Shown piece by piece: positions 24,540 to 38,414 of a stretch of DNA of 64,000 nt (position 1 is its first letter; the number at the start of each line of letters is the position of its first letter). The notes beneath the pieces were generated by a model. That model searched no databases. It worked only from the letters and a program-made list of their open reading frames with translations, and was not told where the DNA came from. The DNA is taken from assembly GCA_964270895.1 (NCBI GenBank), contig OZ185443.1. One strand, given 5' to 3'. Source of the DNA: Podarcis filfolensis (lineage: Eukaryota). The translations under genes and the position numbers were made by a program.

Positions 24540-25793
24540 AGACTAAACAATGTTGTATGTCCAGGGCTTTAAAGATGTATGGCATAGTAAATGATTTTCT
24601 GTGCTGGGCTAAAGTAGTGAGGAGTGTAGAGTTGAGATTGCCTAGCTGTAATTCATGCAAAGCTTGAAGGAGGGGGTGTTTCTTTGTAGTCAAATGTTTC
24701 TGGGCTGGGGAAAGTGTCCTCTGCTTTCTGTCAACTTTTCAGAAGTGCTGCAAAAAGGCCAGTGCGCCAGTTTAGAAGGTATTGCCAGAACTCCTGAATT
24801 GGCTCCATGATGTTGCCTACTGGCCAAATCTAATTGGCTACACGGCCTTGTGATATCTTCAACATTCGTCAGGTGATCCCCAATTAGTTGGGATAATTCT
24901 TTTTAGGAGAAAATGGTTTTAAAAGTAATGGCACTAAAGCAACTGTTGCCCTATCAGTGTCCAAAATCTGAACAGGCATGAAAAGAGAATTGGGAAATAA
25001 TTTTAGTGCACTAAGTAAACTACTTTGTTCAGAAAGCGTTTATGTGTTTACATGTTGTGAAGCAGTAGAGATAACTAGGCTTTTTTAAAAACACAGAAAA
25101 ATTATATTTTTTAACCACTCCCAATGATGTTGCTCACAATGATGTGACTACCCTTATCTCCTCAAACAAGGTTGCGCAGTCAGGTAAGTAATAAACTACA
25201 AAAGTGTATCAAAGGGTCTTCCTTCTCCGCTGCAATGTGTGGACTCTGTGTTGGATAAAAGATTTTAATTCCACGTTACCAAGGCCTCCACGTCTATCCA
25301 CTTAGGTCAACATCTATGATTCAGTTTTATTTGATGGGGGGTTAATATAGTCGTTTGGGATACATCCTGTAACTTCCTGCTTTTTTCCTATTAGTGTGGA
25401 TTCTGTGGCTTAAAGGAAGCATTTGGTGTATGTGGATGAACTCAGTGATTTGCATCTAGCTGTTCTGGTGTAAGCAGAGGACATTTTGTAGTCATGCATG
25501 GGGTTCCCTGCATTTTTTTCATACCCCCATTCCTGATGAACCCCACATTCTCCGCTGTCTCTCCCCCCCCCCATGCCATGTCCCACACTGTTCTGGAGGG
25601 TCATCTATCCACAACTTTTCAAAATGTCCACCAGCTCCTCATGGCTCTCTTGTGGAGGGGCATCCTTGGAAAGAGATAAAAGGAGTGGCTTTTCTGGAAG
25701 TCACAGAGCTGCAGCAGAAAGGCGGAGGTAAAAAGAAGAAGAAGATCATTTTCAATCAGAAGTCCACTCACAGCCGTTAGGTTCAACCCCAAG

Positions 25794-26343
25794 GATTAAA
25801 GACGCCTGCTTCTTGGGAGAAAAGCAATGACAAACCTAGACAGCATCTTAAAAAGCAGAGACATCACCTTGCCAACAAAGGTCCATATAGTTAAAGCTAT
25901 GGTTTTCCCAGTAGTGATGTATGGAAGTGAGAGCTGGGCCATAAAGAAAGCTGATCGCCGAAGAATTGATGCTTTTGAATTATAGTGCTGGAGGAGACTC
26001 TTGAGAATCCCATGGACTGCAAGAAGATCAAACCTCTCCATTCTTAAGGAAATCAGCCCTGAGTGCTCACTGGAAGGACAGATCCTTAAGCTGAGACTCC
26101 AATACGTTGGCCACCTCATGAGAAGAGAAGACTCCCTGGAAAAGACCCTGATGTTGGGAAAGATGGAGGGCACAAGGAGAAGGGGATGACAGAGGACGAC
26201 ATGGTTGGACAGTGTTCTCGAAGCTACCAGCATGAGTTTGACCAAACTGCGGGAGGCAGTGGAAGACAGGAGTGCCTGGCGTGCTCTGGTCCATGGGGTC
26301 ACGAAGAGTCGGACACGACTAAACGACTAAACAACAACAACAA
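25794..26343 (+). mobile_element. BovB LINE, 5'-truncated 3' end
   Basis: RIPWTARRSNLSILKEISPECSLEGQILKLRLQYVGHLMRREDSLEKTLMLGK; tail gactaaacgactaaacaacaacaacaa. Confidence 0.95.
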
Positions 26344-26983
26344 GAACAAGCCATATTGGAGATGCACCCAAGCATATGCTGAAAGTTACTACTGAATTTT
26401 AGAAATTGTTACAACTGTTTTATGTTCTTAAATTTGGCTGCATTTCTCTCTATTAAAGCAGCTCCCCTCCCTTTTGAGCAATGTACTTAATGCCGGCTTT
26501 GGAAATTCAAAAGGCATCTTCAGTAAACCACTGCTTTGTGCACTTGATCTATCTTCTCTGGCACTGCAAGTAGTAACATTTCTAAAATGAACATTGAATG
26601 TTTTATTGAATGTGAATATTGGCTAACCAAAAGGAAAACACCCATTAGGCTCTTGTCCGTGTGTTTTGCTGTTCTTGGGAGGACTTGTGTGAGGCTTATA
26701 GATGCCATTAGCACACACTTCACTTGGTTTAATTACTAACAGAGTAATGGTTGGTGTGTGTTTTAATCTATTAAACTCTACAGCTTGACTTGGCTCCTGT
26801 GATCAACTGGGGTTGGTAGGGATTATAAGGGTGCCAGAGCAGGTTGGGCCCTGGAGCAAACATCTGTGTAACTGTTTCAAGTGTTGTGATAGTTATTGCA
26901 GAAACTGGCCTACAGTCTGAATCACATGAACACGTATGGAGTGCTTTTGAAGGTGCACTGACTTTGAACAGATCTATACCTAT

Positions 26984-27243
26984 TAGATGCTATCCAAGGC
27001 TCATGTGGTAATTCCTTGCCGATGACCACAGTGCCTGCAGGCAGGCAGTCAAGTTGTGTATCCATAGCAGTGACCAGAGGAGGAATTGACCCCTGGGGGG
27101 AGCGCAGAGAGAAGAAATGCCATGGTGAATCTGCAGCAGCACAACTGAATACCTTCATCTGCCCCAGCTGCAACAAAACATGTCTCTCCCATATTGGTCA
27201 CTCCTCCATTGTCTTCCAAGACAGACGAATGCCAACCAACCTA
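26984..27243 (+). mobile_element. RTE LINE extreme 3' fragment
   Basis: FICPSCNKTCLSHIG C-terminal zinc-finger-like motif followed by the tail ccattgtcttccaagacagacgaatgccaac. Confidence 0.75.
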
Positions 27244-27320
27244 ACTGACATAGACAGTAGGGTTCAGGTTATCTTTGTTTATTGCTTTCAGACCTTGAAA
27301 TTCCAATTCTGAGGTCTCAG

Positions 27321-27554
27321 AAGAGCCAGCGTGGTGTAGTGGTTAAGAGTGGTGGACTGGGTTCATGTCTCCGCTCCTCCACATGTAGCTGCTAGGTGAC
27401 CTTGGGCCAGTCACACTTCTCTGAAGTCTCTCAGCCCCACTTACCTCACAGAGTGTTTGTTGTGGGGGAGGAAGGGAAAGGAGATTGTTAGCCGCTTTGA
27501 GACTCCTGAAGGGGAGTGAAAGGCGGGATATCAAATCCAAACTCCTCTTCTTCT
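27321..27554 (+). mobile_element. tRNA-derived SINE (Squam3-like)
   Basis: gagccagcgtggtgtagtggttaagag (A-box)...gtgaccttgggccagtcac...ttagccgctttgagactcc...(ctt)n tail. Confidence 0.85.
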
Positions 27555-28639
27555 AGAAAGTAAGCTTATGACTGCTAGAGTGGCCATAGCAAACTTGCAT
27601 AGTCAAGTCCCCTGTGGCGACCATCAAGAGAGAAGCAGAATGCTAATAACATAAGACCTTCAAGGAAATTCAGAGCCCATTGTAGTTATGGGTCCTTAGC
27701 AATGCTAGCACATTCTTCCTCTAGCCCTTTTGTAGCTAAAGTCAGATATGTTCAGCATGTTATTTTTTTTAAAAAAACAAAAAACTAACCTTTGTCTATG
27801 TACTGAAAATATTTTCTTTAACTCTTATTGGATAATGTTATTACAAGAAAGCTTTGAGAGATTTTTTCACACCACCCAAGAAAAAAATTAGGAAAGACCC
27901 AAATTAACATTTTTGCATCCAAACATGATTTGTGTGTGTACTTGTATTAGGACTGGAGATTTTAACTGAGATGATTAAAGAACATGTGGCAAATAGCACA
28001 AAAAGGTTACTGTTCAGTTTTTCCATCGTGTGGATAACTCATTTGTAACATTTTGCAAATCCTGCCAGACATAGACTAGTACAGCATCCAATACAGCTGT
28101 TTATGTGGAAGTACAAAATAAACAACTGTTGCAGAACATAATGCAGATGGAAAAAAATATGGTGTGCGTGCAAACAAAAGCACAGCCACGCTGCATAAGA
28201 TTTCTGGCACATTCAACAAAATATTGTTTCTTCTATTGTGGCTGCATTGGAGACTCCAGAGAAAATGTGAGCCATCACTTTCCCCCTTGCCATTCATGTC
28301 TACATAGCAGATGTACATAGATAGCCAACCGCATTGGCTAACGTTAATAAATAGCTGTATCAGTCTCAAACATCCATGGCAATTGCTAGAACGTGAGTGA
28401 GAGTGAGGGGGAGGGGGAGGGAAGAGAAAAGGACAATTCCGTAGAGTTTTCTTGTAAATGAACCAGATGTGCTCTCAATAAATACTTGGTTCTTCCTTTA
28501 CATCTGTATAGGATAAAGCGAAATCTATATTATGTGCATACTGTCGCATATGACAAATGTGTGTTTACATAGAACTAGAAGCCTCTACCAGTAGCAGTGA
28601 AAGAGACAGTAGAGTTGGACACTGGTTCACATATTTATT

Positions 28640-28950
28640 AACATTGTACAAACACATTAGAAGTAATAATATATCTGCATTTTTTGTTATGAGAAAGATT
28701 GAATATCTGGAAACGGATGGCATTTGAAGAATCTTTTAAAAATAAGAATCCTAGAAAGGTGCCTAGCGATATAGCTGTTAATGATAAATTAACATGTGCC
28801 ATTAAGGTAAGACGGGGAATATGCAGGAGAAATGATTTTGAGAGATATAGAGGGGGTGTTTGTAGAATTTGTATTGCTAAAACAGAAAGGGGTCAAACCA
28901 TCGCAAGAGGTGTTGAAATTTTGGGAGCTTGGACAGTTACGACGGAATGG
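28640..28950 (+). mobile_element. Possible degenerate L1/Tx1 ORF2 C-terminal fragment
   Basis: DIAVNDKLTCAIKVRRG resembles reptile L1 ORF2 C-termini, from memory only. Confidence 0.3.
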
Positions 28951-28996
28951 TCTCGGTGGTGGGGTGCACATTTTTATTCTTATTTATTTATGATTA

Positions 28997-29230
28997 CAGT
29001 GGTACCTCAGGTTAAGTACTTGATTCGTTCTGGTGGTCCGTTCTTAACCTGAAACTGTTCTTAACCTGAAGCACCACTTTAGCTAATGGGGCCTCCTGCT
29101 GCCGCCGTAGCACGATTTCTGTTTTTATCCTGAAGCAAAGTTCTTAACCTGAAGCACTATTTCTGGGTTAGTGGAGTGTGTAACCTGAAGCGTATTTAAC
29201 CTGAAGTGCATGTAACCCGAGGTACCACTG
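28997..29230. mobile_element. Tigger-like MITE
   Basis: ta|CAGTGGTACCTCAGG...CCGAGGTACCACTG|ta. Confidence 0.92.
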
Positions 29231-30533
29231 TACTATTTTGTCAAAATAAAATTTAAAAAAGGGAGAAAGCTGCTTACATTTTCACCCTAATCCACCCAGA
29301 GGCATTTAGGTCTTTGGAAGCAGGCTTCCTCACACATATTTCCAACCAGTGGAGGAACTGTGCATGCAGTTTCTGATACTGCAAAGGCCCGTGTAGCAGC
29401 TGAGGCTGTGCTTATGTAGTTCTCGTCACAGAATTAGCCAAAGTTATGGTTATCCAGATTTCAGTCCCTCTCTGCTCTCTCCAAGCAGATGATTGACATT
29501 TTTGGGAATGATCTGCCAGGGACTCCTTGCATGCAGCTCCAGTTGTAATGTCAAATACATATATAAAAGATATGACTATCATAATAAGTTGTCTTTAATC
29601 TGAATTTCTCAGTATGTTCTAAAATAATAAAAGTGACAGGATGATAAATACCTCTTCTCATTGGCATCACTCTAAAATATTACATACCACATAGTTTCAT
29701 TTGCTCATAGTTGTTTGTTTATAGCGAGCTATTCAAATGCAATGGATACTTGAATGTAACCGTTCAGGGCTTTCTAGTGACTAATTCGTAACAGCTTTAT
29801 ATTCTTCATCACTGTTTCCAGCAGAAATCAAGAGCAAAGGTTTAGGCCAAGCACTGTAGTAAACTGTAATGGCAAACAGTCTTCTTTGGTTAAAAGATTT
29901 CTTTTGGCAGCTATAAAAGAAAATAGGATCTTAAAAGTAGAGCTTGAAATGTGTAATTTACATTTATTTTGAAACACCTGTCCACAGCTGAACACAATTT
30001 TAAAACAATGCCAAAATGCGAATTTGAGCTCACTTTATCCCCATCAGCTGTGACTCTGGGGTAACTCTAGAACCTAGGCCCATAGCTGAGGTGAGACAAT
30101 GCCACGGGTCCTAGACTTAATGGATTCCAGCTGGCTACTGTCTCCTGACGAGAGGGTGAAAAGCACAAGTGAAAGATGAAATCCCAGACTAGCTGAACCA
30201 GTCTAGAACCAAATGGCTCCCCTTTCCAATATGATACCATACAAAAATAACAGCGCTAAAGGGTTGGGATTCATTTCAACTCTATTAAAAAGGGGGTGGA
30301 CAAAAATCTTGAGTACTAAGAACAATTGGGCGTAGACAAACTCCATTGATAAGGCAGCCTATTTGACCTATTTAAAAGTCCTGTTTTCCTCCTCCAATTC
30401 TCTATCACTTCCTATGGCTGCTATCTTGGAACAAAAATTATGCCTCTAGTTCTCTTTTGAGGACAACCTGCACCCAGGAGAAGATTGCATTAAAGCGGCT
30501 ACACTGGCATGCCCCAAAGGTATTCTCTCTCAT

Positions 30534-30537
<4 letters not shown>

Positions 30538-30577
<40 letters not shown>
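30538..30577. repeat. (TA)n microsatellite
   Basis: About 20 uninterrupted TA units. Confidence 0.98.
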
Positions 30578-30582
<5 letters not shown>

Positions 30583-31353
30583 GTTTTTTCAACTTTTCAA
30601 CCATAATGTACTCATTACAAAGCCTTCAAGAAAACCCTTAGATCAGAGATCCTTTATAATGTGCTGTGAAGGTCAATACACGTTGAATTAAAAGCTAAAC
30701 CATCCATACAAAAGATGTGGCTCTGATACGTCTAGATCGTATTTTAATGTTAAGGAAAACATTGTGCTCAAAACTAATTTGGGTCACATTATGGTGAGCG
30801 GAGGGTTGACATATGCAGTTTCTTTTTCCTATTGGAAAAGCGATTCTACTTCTAAAATCTAAATAAAAGAGGTGAAATCTGGTAGGGGAAACGACATGTT
30901 GCTGGGGGGCATCGAGACTTTGAAATATTAGTACAGCTAATAGAAGTAAATACAAGTAAATCAGAACAGAACTGGGTTTCTTTTAGTGCAAGCCTAGGCA
31001 TACTTATCTAGAAGTAAAAAACAACAAGCAATCGTATTGAACTCAGTGGAGCTTAATTTTGAGCTAACTATGTGCATGACATCCTATTTGCATAGGATTA
31101 ACTGGCATATCTCTTTTTAAAATTTTATTTCTAAGAAATATAATTTTTCAGCAAAATCCTATGCATGTTTACACAGAGGTAAGTTCAAAAGGGCTTACAC
31201 TCACAACTATGTTTAGGATTGTAACCTTGGATCCCGATCGTATGCCCACTTGCCTAACAGTAAGCTGCACTGATCACAGTAGGGCTTACTTCTGAGTAAA
31301 CATGGATAGGTTTAAGCTGATAAATTTCTTTGGCCTCTGTTACACCCTAAGCT

Positions 31354-31698
31354 GGGACGCGGGTGGCGCTGTGGGTTAAACCACAGAGCCTAGGACTTGC
31401 TGATCAGAAGATTGGTGGTTCGAATCCCCGCAACGGGGTGAGCTCCCGTTGCTCGGTCCCTGCTCCTGCCAACCTAGCTGTTCGAAAGTGCAAGTAGATA
31501 AATAGGTACCGCTCCGGCGGGAAGGTAAACGGCGTTTCCGTGCGCTGCTCTGGTTCGCCAGAAGTGGCTTAGTCATGCTGGCCACATGACCCGGAAGCTG
31601 TACGCTGGCTCCCTCGGCCAATAAAGCGAGATGAGCGCCGCAACCCCAGAGTCGGCCACTACTGGACCTAATGGTCAGGAGTCCCTTTACCTTTACCT
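31354..31698 (+). mobile_element. Sauria SINE, full length
   Basis: GGGACGCGGGTGGCGCTG head, GGTTCGAATCC B-box, (ACCTTT)n tail; 14-bp TSD TTACACCCTAAGCT (31340-53, 31699-712). Confidence 0.96.
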
Positions 31699-32006
31699 TT
31701 ACACCCTAAGCTAGCACACAAAAAGAAACTGTGTGTGATTAGAAAACTTGCCATAATGCACCCTGAGCCCTCAGGATAAAGCGGAGAACCTAAATATTAT
31801 ACATGCAAGTGCTGTGTTTTAGGAAATAGTTAAAATGCTAAAATTGGGAATTGACATCTGATTCTTTAGCTGTGTACTAAGACTTGGTTTTTCTTGATAC
31901 AGATTTGGTCTGTATTTAATGGCAAGAATGCCTACAGACTGTAGGCTATTTCATAGATAGCAAATATTATTTGGGTCTCATAGGCTCAATATAAATCCTA
32001 GTAAGT

Positions 32007-32190
32007 ACAGTTGGTATCCACCTGTCTCAAGAGACAATGGAGTGTGCCTCCAGGGGTGAAGTCAAACTGCTGCATTAGCAGCATGGAAGTGACTTCCCTG
32101 TGGTGCAGGCCCTGGCAGTGTGCATGGAGGTCCTGGGCTGCCCAGACGACACGCCTTGCTGATCTGGTCCAAAGGGAAGTAGAGCAATGC
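32007..32190 (-). mobile_element. Truncated copy of the RTE-tailed non-coding element (cf. 18150-18680)
   Basis: gttggtatccacctgtctcaagagacaatggagtgtg is the reverse complement of the RTE-type tail. Confidence 0.65.
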
Positions 32191-32932
32191 ATATGGCATT
32201 ATAACAAAATGTACACTGTCCAATTTTAAGATCAAGTCAGTATAATACATAGGGCCGTTAATTTTTTTTTTTAAATGTGTAATCTTAAATCATGGCTTTT
32301 AAACTAGATAAATATACATCAGCTCCTATTTTAGTATGGTATTCAAAATGGAATTTAGATCATAATTCCTATAGAAGCTCAACTTTTTATTATGCTTTCA
32401 GGTGTCACTGTTTACTCCTCTCTTCAGCACCTGGTCTGAGCAGACCCTAAACTGGATGGCAGTTTTCACAGAGGTGTCTGTAACATGTCTGTCTGCCCCC
32501 CTTATTTAAAACACAAGATATATGCTTTTAGCTTTGCTGGTCCCTCAACTCCTGCCAATTTAACAAGTCAGCCAACTGGAGCAGGAAACTGATATGTCGA
32601 AATATCCATTAGCTATTTACATTTTTCAAAATACATAAGCAGACAGGCATTTAGAGGTCGCCTAAAAACTAAGTTTAAGTAAACTTTTTAATTAGTCAAT
32701 AAGCTGTGTTTAAAATTAATCTGCATGCTTTTTAGGAGGAACTCCGCTTTTCCCTCCCCCGCCTCACCTTTTCTTTTCCATACATGTGGCTTCTTTGGAA
32801 AGATCCCAGAGAACGCTGTTCACACATATTTAAAACAGGAGTATTCGTTTCTGCCTGCTTACTTTGTGAAACTCTCTCTGTGTGTGTGTGTGTGTGTCCC
32901 CTTCAGAAACAGTGAGATGCTACTACTACAAC

Positions 32933-33235
32933 GGGACATGGGTGGCTTTGTGGGTTAAACCACAGAGCCTAGTACTTGCTGATAAGGTCAGTGGTTCGAA
33001 TCCTGCCAACCTAGCAGTTCGAAAGCATGTCAAAGTGCAAGTAGATAAATAGGTACTGGCAGAAAGGTAAATGGTGTTTCCGTGCACTGCTCTGGTTTGC
33101 CAGAAGTAGCTTAGTCATGCTGTCCACATGACTCAGAAGCTGTACGCTGGCTCCCTCGGCCAGTAAAGCGAGATGAGCGCCGCAACCCCAGAGTCGGCCA
33201 CGACTGGACCTAATGATCAGGGGTACCTTTACCTT
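32933..33235 (+). mobile_element. Sauria SINE with internal deletions
   Basis: B-box GGTTCGAATCC joined directly to TGCCAACC; left flank TACTACTACAAC is expanded on the right. Confidence 0.93.
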
Positions 33236-33248
33236 TACTACTACTACT

Positions 33249-33279
<31 letters not shown>

Positions 33280-34282
33280 AACCCTTTTTTTGGCTCTTGC
33301 CTAGCATGCAGTTTCACATTTTGTAGCATTTGTAAATGTGCTTATAGAAGGTATTACCTTTCAGTATTTTCTGCTAAGAAAGCCAATATGGTATGCTGTT
33401 CAGTAAGCTGCTTGAACTGTTGGTTTTCTTCTTGTTTATGACAATAGGTTTGAAGAGCTGGAAAATTTAAATATTCACATTGAGTGCCTAAATAATCATC
33501 CCCTGGAACAATTCTATTCCTGATTTCTCCAATCCACAACTCCTAGACACCATGACATCATACTCATAACGGCAAAACCATCCCCCCCCCCTTTCCAATT
33601 GTAACTGCACAACTATGGTTCTGTTTTTTCCTGGAAGTAGGATGATGCCTTCAGTAGTTGTCCTGGGTATAATTTAGATCCTTTCAGGTTTTATGGAATC
33701 CAGATTCCAGCACCCACTCCCGCCTCCCAGCTTGCATATCATACAGGTTTTTATGTAGAAATTAGGGGCTGAAATGTAGGTTTTCTGTTGAAAGCAGATG
33801 TGCAGGGACTTAAAACATAAGAAACCACAAGTGTTCCATTGTTGCTATGGAATATGTGGAGCCAAACTGTCTTATGATTTAGCAACACTTTTTATTGCTG
33901 AAGCTCATTGGGACTTGGTTTTTCAACAGTGAAATAGCATGTATGAAATTAATGGTTCATAAACCATAAACCATTCATAATTATAATCCATGATTGTGGA
34001 AGTTGGGAATAAGTATCATGGCAGAGTGCTTCCCCCTCCCTTTGCATGCTGGATTTGATGCAAAGATCATGACGTGAATTAAAGCAGAGTTCCCCATTAA
34101 CATCTGAACTGGGGAACTCCGGTTTAACGTTGGTTAACAAACCAAGGAAATAAGTCAGAATATGATCCCCTGCTATTCACATGAATAGGGTTTTATTAAA
34201 TAGGACGCTTCTGACCCTGATCTGATTGGGTAAAGGATTAAAGTCCTATCCTTCCATTATTAATGTTCATCTACTTGCTTTA

Positions 34283-34626
34283 GGGGCCGTGGGTGGCGTT
34301 GTGGGTTAAACCACAGAGCCTAGGAGTTGCTGATCAGAAGGTCGGCGGTTAAAATCCCTGCGACGGGGTGAGCTCCTGTTGCTCGGTCCCTGCACCTGCC
34401 AACCTAGCAGTTCAAAAGCACGTCAAAGTGCAAGTAGATAAATAGGTACCACTCTGGCAGGAAGGTAAACGGCGTTTCTGTGTGCTGCTCTGGTTCGCCA
34501 GAAGCGGCTTAGTCATGCTGGCCACATGACCCGGAAGCTGTACACTAGCTCCCTCGGCCAGTAAAGCGAGATGAGCACCACAACCCCAGAGTCTGGACCT
34601 AATGGTCAGCGGTCCCTTTACCTTTT
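34283..34626 (+). mobile_element. Sauria SINE
   Basis: Sauria body; TSD TACTTGCTTTA on both sides. Confidence 0.94.
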
Positions 34627-34651
34627 TACTTGCTTTAAGGTACTTCTAGAA

Positions 34652-34870
34652 CATGGATAGGCAAACTATGGCCCAGGGGCCGGATCCAGCCCAATCACTT
34701 TCTAAATCCAGCCCATGGACGATTCCGGGAATCAGCGTGTTTTTACATGAGTAGAATGTGTCCTTTTATTCAAATGCATCTCTGGGTTATTTGTGGGGCA
34801 TAGGAATTCATTTATTTATTTTTTTCAAAATATAGTCCGGCCCCCTGCTGAAAAGGTTTGCTGACCACTG
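34652..34870. mobile_element. hAT-Charlie-type MITE
   Basis: CATGGATAGGCAAAC...GTTTGCTGACCACTG; 8-bp TSD TTCTAGAA/TTTTAGAA. Confidence 0.82.
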
Positions 34871-35141
34871 TTTTAGAAGAATTAATGACCAGTCATATCA
34901 GAGGATCATTTGCTCATTTATGGTTTCAGGAAACTATTTGAGTTACTTTCCTACCAACCTTCATATTACCCCTTCAGTTACTTAGATAGGGGGTGCCTGC
35001 CCTAGTTTGACCTAACTGAGTCAATTGCAGTCTACCATTATAAAACCTAGACATTCCAAATCCAGAAGGATTGTTCCAGTTTGTGAAACTTTGCTTCAAG
35101 TTTCTATATCAGGGCTTACTAACCTGTAGCCCTCAAGATTT

Positions 35142-35143
<2 letters not shown>

Positions 35144-35210
<67 letters not shown>
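35144..35210. repeat. Compound (TG)n(AG)n microsatellite
   Basis: About 17 TG units followed by about 17 AG units. Confidence 0.98.
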
Positions 35211-35215
<5 letters not shown>

Positions 35216-35789
35216 AGGTCAGAGGAAGAAAGATACAGCGGGAGTGAGGAGAGAGGTTGAGAGAGGTGTCCTATACAGCAACAGTGCCCCCTCATTTGGT
35301 TAGGCCAGACACCAACCATGACTAAATAAATTTCAGAAATCTGGAAATATCTGGGTGATTTCTCTCCTTTGGCCAGAGGTGAGTAGCAGTGCTTAGCCTA
35401 AAACTCTACCTAATGTCTCTCAGGTCACAAGTTGAGGATCTGTTGCAAGTTTAACAAGCAGCATAGAATAGTCACATGGCAGTGAGGACCCTGTTTTGGT
35501 AGGAAGGATTGGGCAACAATACTTTAGTTCCCTTTTTATATTTTAGCTTTGTGACTCGAGAGTTTGTAGGGCTTTTCCTCCCAATGAGCATTTTTCTGCT
35601 CTTTTATACTCTTAGAAATGCAATCCCAGAATCAATGCCCTTCATTCTGAAGAGTAACCAGATTTTGATTTGTAAGTAAGACCATTTTTAATTCTCTAAG
35701 GCAGTGACCATGGCAGCTAAGTAAATATAAAAGCTGAGTTTCTCTCTGTCCTGCCTTGGTCTGGTAGCAGTCAGATCTTAAGGAGAAGC

Positions 35790-36602
35790 TGAGGTCAAGA
35801 ACAATGAGTAAGTCCATTAACGGGTATAGTCTAATAGCAGCTTTGTGAGACGAGCCTGAAGTCAACACAGCAGAGCAATCCAGAGGTTGGCAGAATGCAA
35901 TAGCAAGTATTAGCAGGGCTCTAGAGGTCAGTCCGGGGTGGAAACCACGATCAAAAGATGGGTTACATGGACCTAAGGACCTGTGTTGATGGAGCTACTA
36001 ACATTCTACAATGGAGGAATTATGTAGCCTGGTCACAGAGGCTGGATATAGACACATCAAGGAAGTGTTTCAGTTTAAAGTGTTGTAAATGGGAAGAGAA
36101 AAACGGCACTCCACATTGCCATCCGGTGGCACAATGTTATATCACATATACAGCACATATAAATCTCTTTTTCTTTGCCAGTCTAGCTGAGACCCCAGAC
36201 CCTGCTACAGCTGGTTAACTCAGCCTGCAAGGTTCCCTGGTCTGAAGGAGTCCCCTTACTCACAAGGAGACTTGCAGCCCTTCAAGTGTGCTGCCACTGA
36301 TGGGTAGCTGCCATTGCCTGCACCTTCTGACACCAGTGTTTCCTGGCACTAGGCGATAGCTCAACAACCCCCTCCAATGCCTCAGTCAAAAGAGCTGGCC
36401 CAATTAGGAACTCTGTCCACTGAATCCTCTGTTGCAGATGGGCCTGCCAGTGCATATCTGGACATGCTGGAAGTCTGTGGGGCAGCACTAGAGTCAGGAG
36501 GCCCCATAAGACCTTTGGACTTTCTGTCATTGGGGTCCTCATTGGAGGAGGAGTTCAGGCTTGGGATAGGCTTGGGTCAGGCCTACTCTCATTAAAACTG
36601 AC
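35790..36602. mobile_element. Possible old Gypsy-type LTR-like remnant
   Basis: GC-elevated block ending in CTGACA; no TSD or ORF; boundaries uncertain. Confidence 0.3.
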
Positions 36603-37784
36603 AATAACACATTCTTGCCCAGTATTGAATTTACTCATGGGCCAATGTCCCAGTTATCCAGTGAATTAAGCTACAGATTTTCCTGAAGCGGGAAAATCTC
36701 AAGAATGTCTGGATCCTTTCAGTCTGATGTGTTTAACACTTTTATTTTTTGCAGGTGTATTTTGCAAAATGTCATAAGGTGGTAATTCTCCCTGTAAACT
36801 TTTGCAGCCGTAAATAGTCTTGGAAGTAGAATCACGTATAACTTCCTTGATACTATCATGAGCACAAATCATCATGAATGCAAAATAAAAAGGATGCCTA
36901 TGAGATTCTTTTTCTAACATGATTCACAATATTCTGTATCTGTAACCTAGAATCCTGTGTGCTTGCTGGAACCTTTAGTGCTGCAAATCTTCCATGATTA
37001 TTCCATAATGATTTTTTAAGGTTTACAGTCCTGAAATGAAAGCGTGTTTCATTGATCTGGCTCCTCATTCTTGTTTTAACACCAAGCATGTTTTATGGAG
37101 GATTTGGTTTATTGTCAAATGAAGCAGAAATATCCTGCTTTTTTCATACATACATAGCTGCATCTGCTGTATTCTTTCCAATTATCTTCTTGGGACCTTA
37201 TGAAATGATATATATTTGTGTATTAATAATTGAGAAAGAACAGTCTGAACCTGTTCTGTCTTAGCACTTCTGAGTGTAAGTTAGACCATTCTTTTGACTT
37301 TATAGCCTGTTGCGTGATGTGTTGAGACTGTCAATTCGTCATAACTGCTGATGTCATTCCAGTTGTTAAGTTTATTGAGTCAGTTATTCCAAGGTAAATT
37401 GGGTCCAAAGAAAGCATGAATATCCATAGTCTCTTGATTAATTTGAGGTTAGAGTTATTAAGAAGTTATTTGACCATAAATGATTATATAAGCAAGTCCT
37501 TACTTCATAAGTAGCTGCTAGAATCATCTCCAGGGAGGCTATTTGCCATTAAATTAGTTGCTTCTGAGTAATACAGTGAAGGGCACAGATTGCAGTTGTG
37601 CTTAGCCTGCTGTTAACAGTTACTGCTAGACTCTACTGAACCGACATGCATTTCTGCTGTTCTAGTGAGCTCCTGCAATCTGAGATTTGTACGAGTGTGG
37701 CTGTGTGACACCACATATTATCTGGATTGTAATGTTGGTTTATTATCTTTCCCTCTGTCAAAAATTTGTACTTGAGTAATCTAG

Positions 37785-37908
37785 CATTCCTTTTCAATCT
37801 CAAGGTCATGGATTCAAGACCCACACTGGGCAAGAGATTCCTGCATTTCAGAGGGTTGGATTAGATGATCCTTTTGGTTCCTTCCAACTCTGCAATTCTA
37901 TGATCTAT
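37785..37908 (+). mobile_element. Short tRNA-head/CR1-tail SINE
   Basis: B-box-like GATTCAAGACC followed by gggttggattagatgatcc...ccttccaactctgcaattctatga (CR1 3' end); a tail-only copy lies at ~58160-58228. Confidence 0.65.
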
Positions 37909-38173
37909 GAAAAAACAGTATTGCTGTTTTTAATTACCACTGGTTGTATCTAGGAATGTGCTAGCTGAACAATTGTTTAAAATAGGAATCGGTGATACTT
38001 TTTCTATGTATGTGTGTAAAATTATCTCCTTTAATTGAGGTTTAATATACTAATGCAGCAAATAGTTTGTTAAGGTTGTGTTGTGATGAAGGTGGTATTG
38101 TACCTTCAGGATAGAGAACCATAACTCAGAAGTTTCAGTACAGACCAGATGAAAACACTGAGTGAGGTTTCTA

Positions 38174-38414
38174 CAGTCGGACCTTGGTTTACGAACTTAA
38201 TCCGTTCCGGAAGTCCGTCCTTAAACCAAAGTGTTCTTAAACCAAGGCGTGCTTTCGCATAGCCGTGGGGACTCAGTGTACACTCAACAGGAAGCAGAAC
38301 ATGTTCTGCTTCCAAGGTGAAGTTCACAAACCAAAACACCTGCTTCCGGTTTTGAAGCATTCTTAATCCAAGTTGTTAATAAACTAAGCTGTTCTTAAAA
38401 CCACAGTACCACTG
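38174..38414. mobile_element. Tigger-like MITE (diverged subfamily)
   Basis: ta|CAGTCGGACCTTGG...CAGTACCACTG|ta. Confidence 0.8.

Noticed and set aside
25796-26302. Recurrent 80-170 aa ORFs (also at 8262 and 61804) that look like a paralogous gene family
   Set aside because: They are antisense frames of BovB 3' ends.
31354-31440. tRNA-like A/B boxes (also at 27321, 48204, 63798)
   Set aside because: SINE heads; no cloverleaf or acceptor stem.
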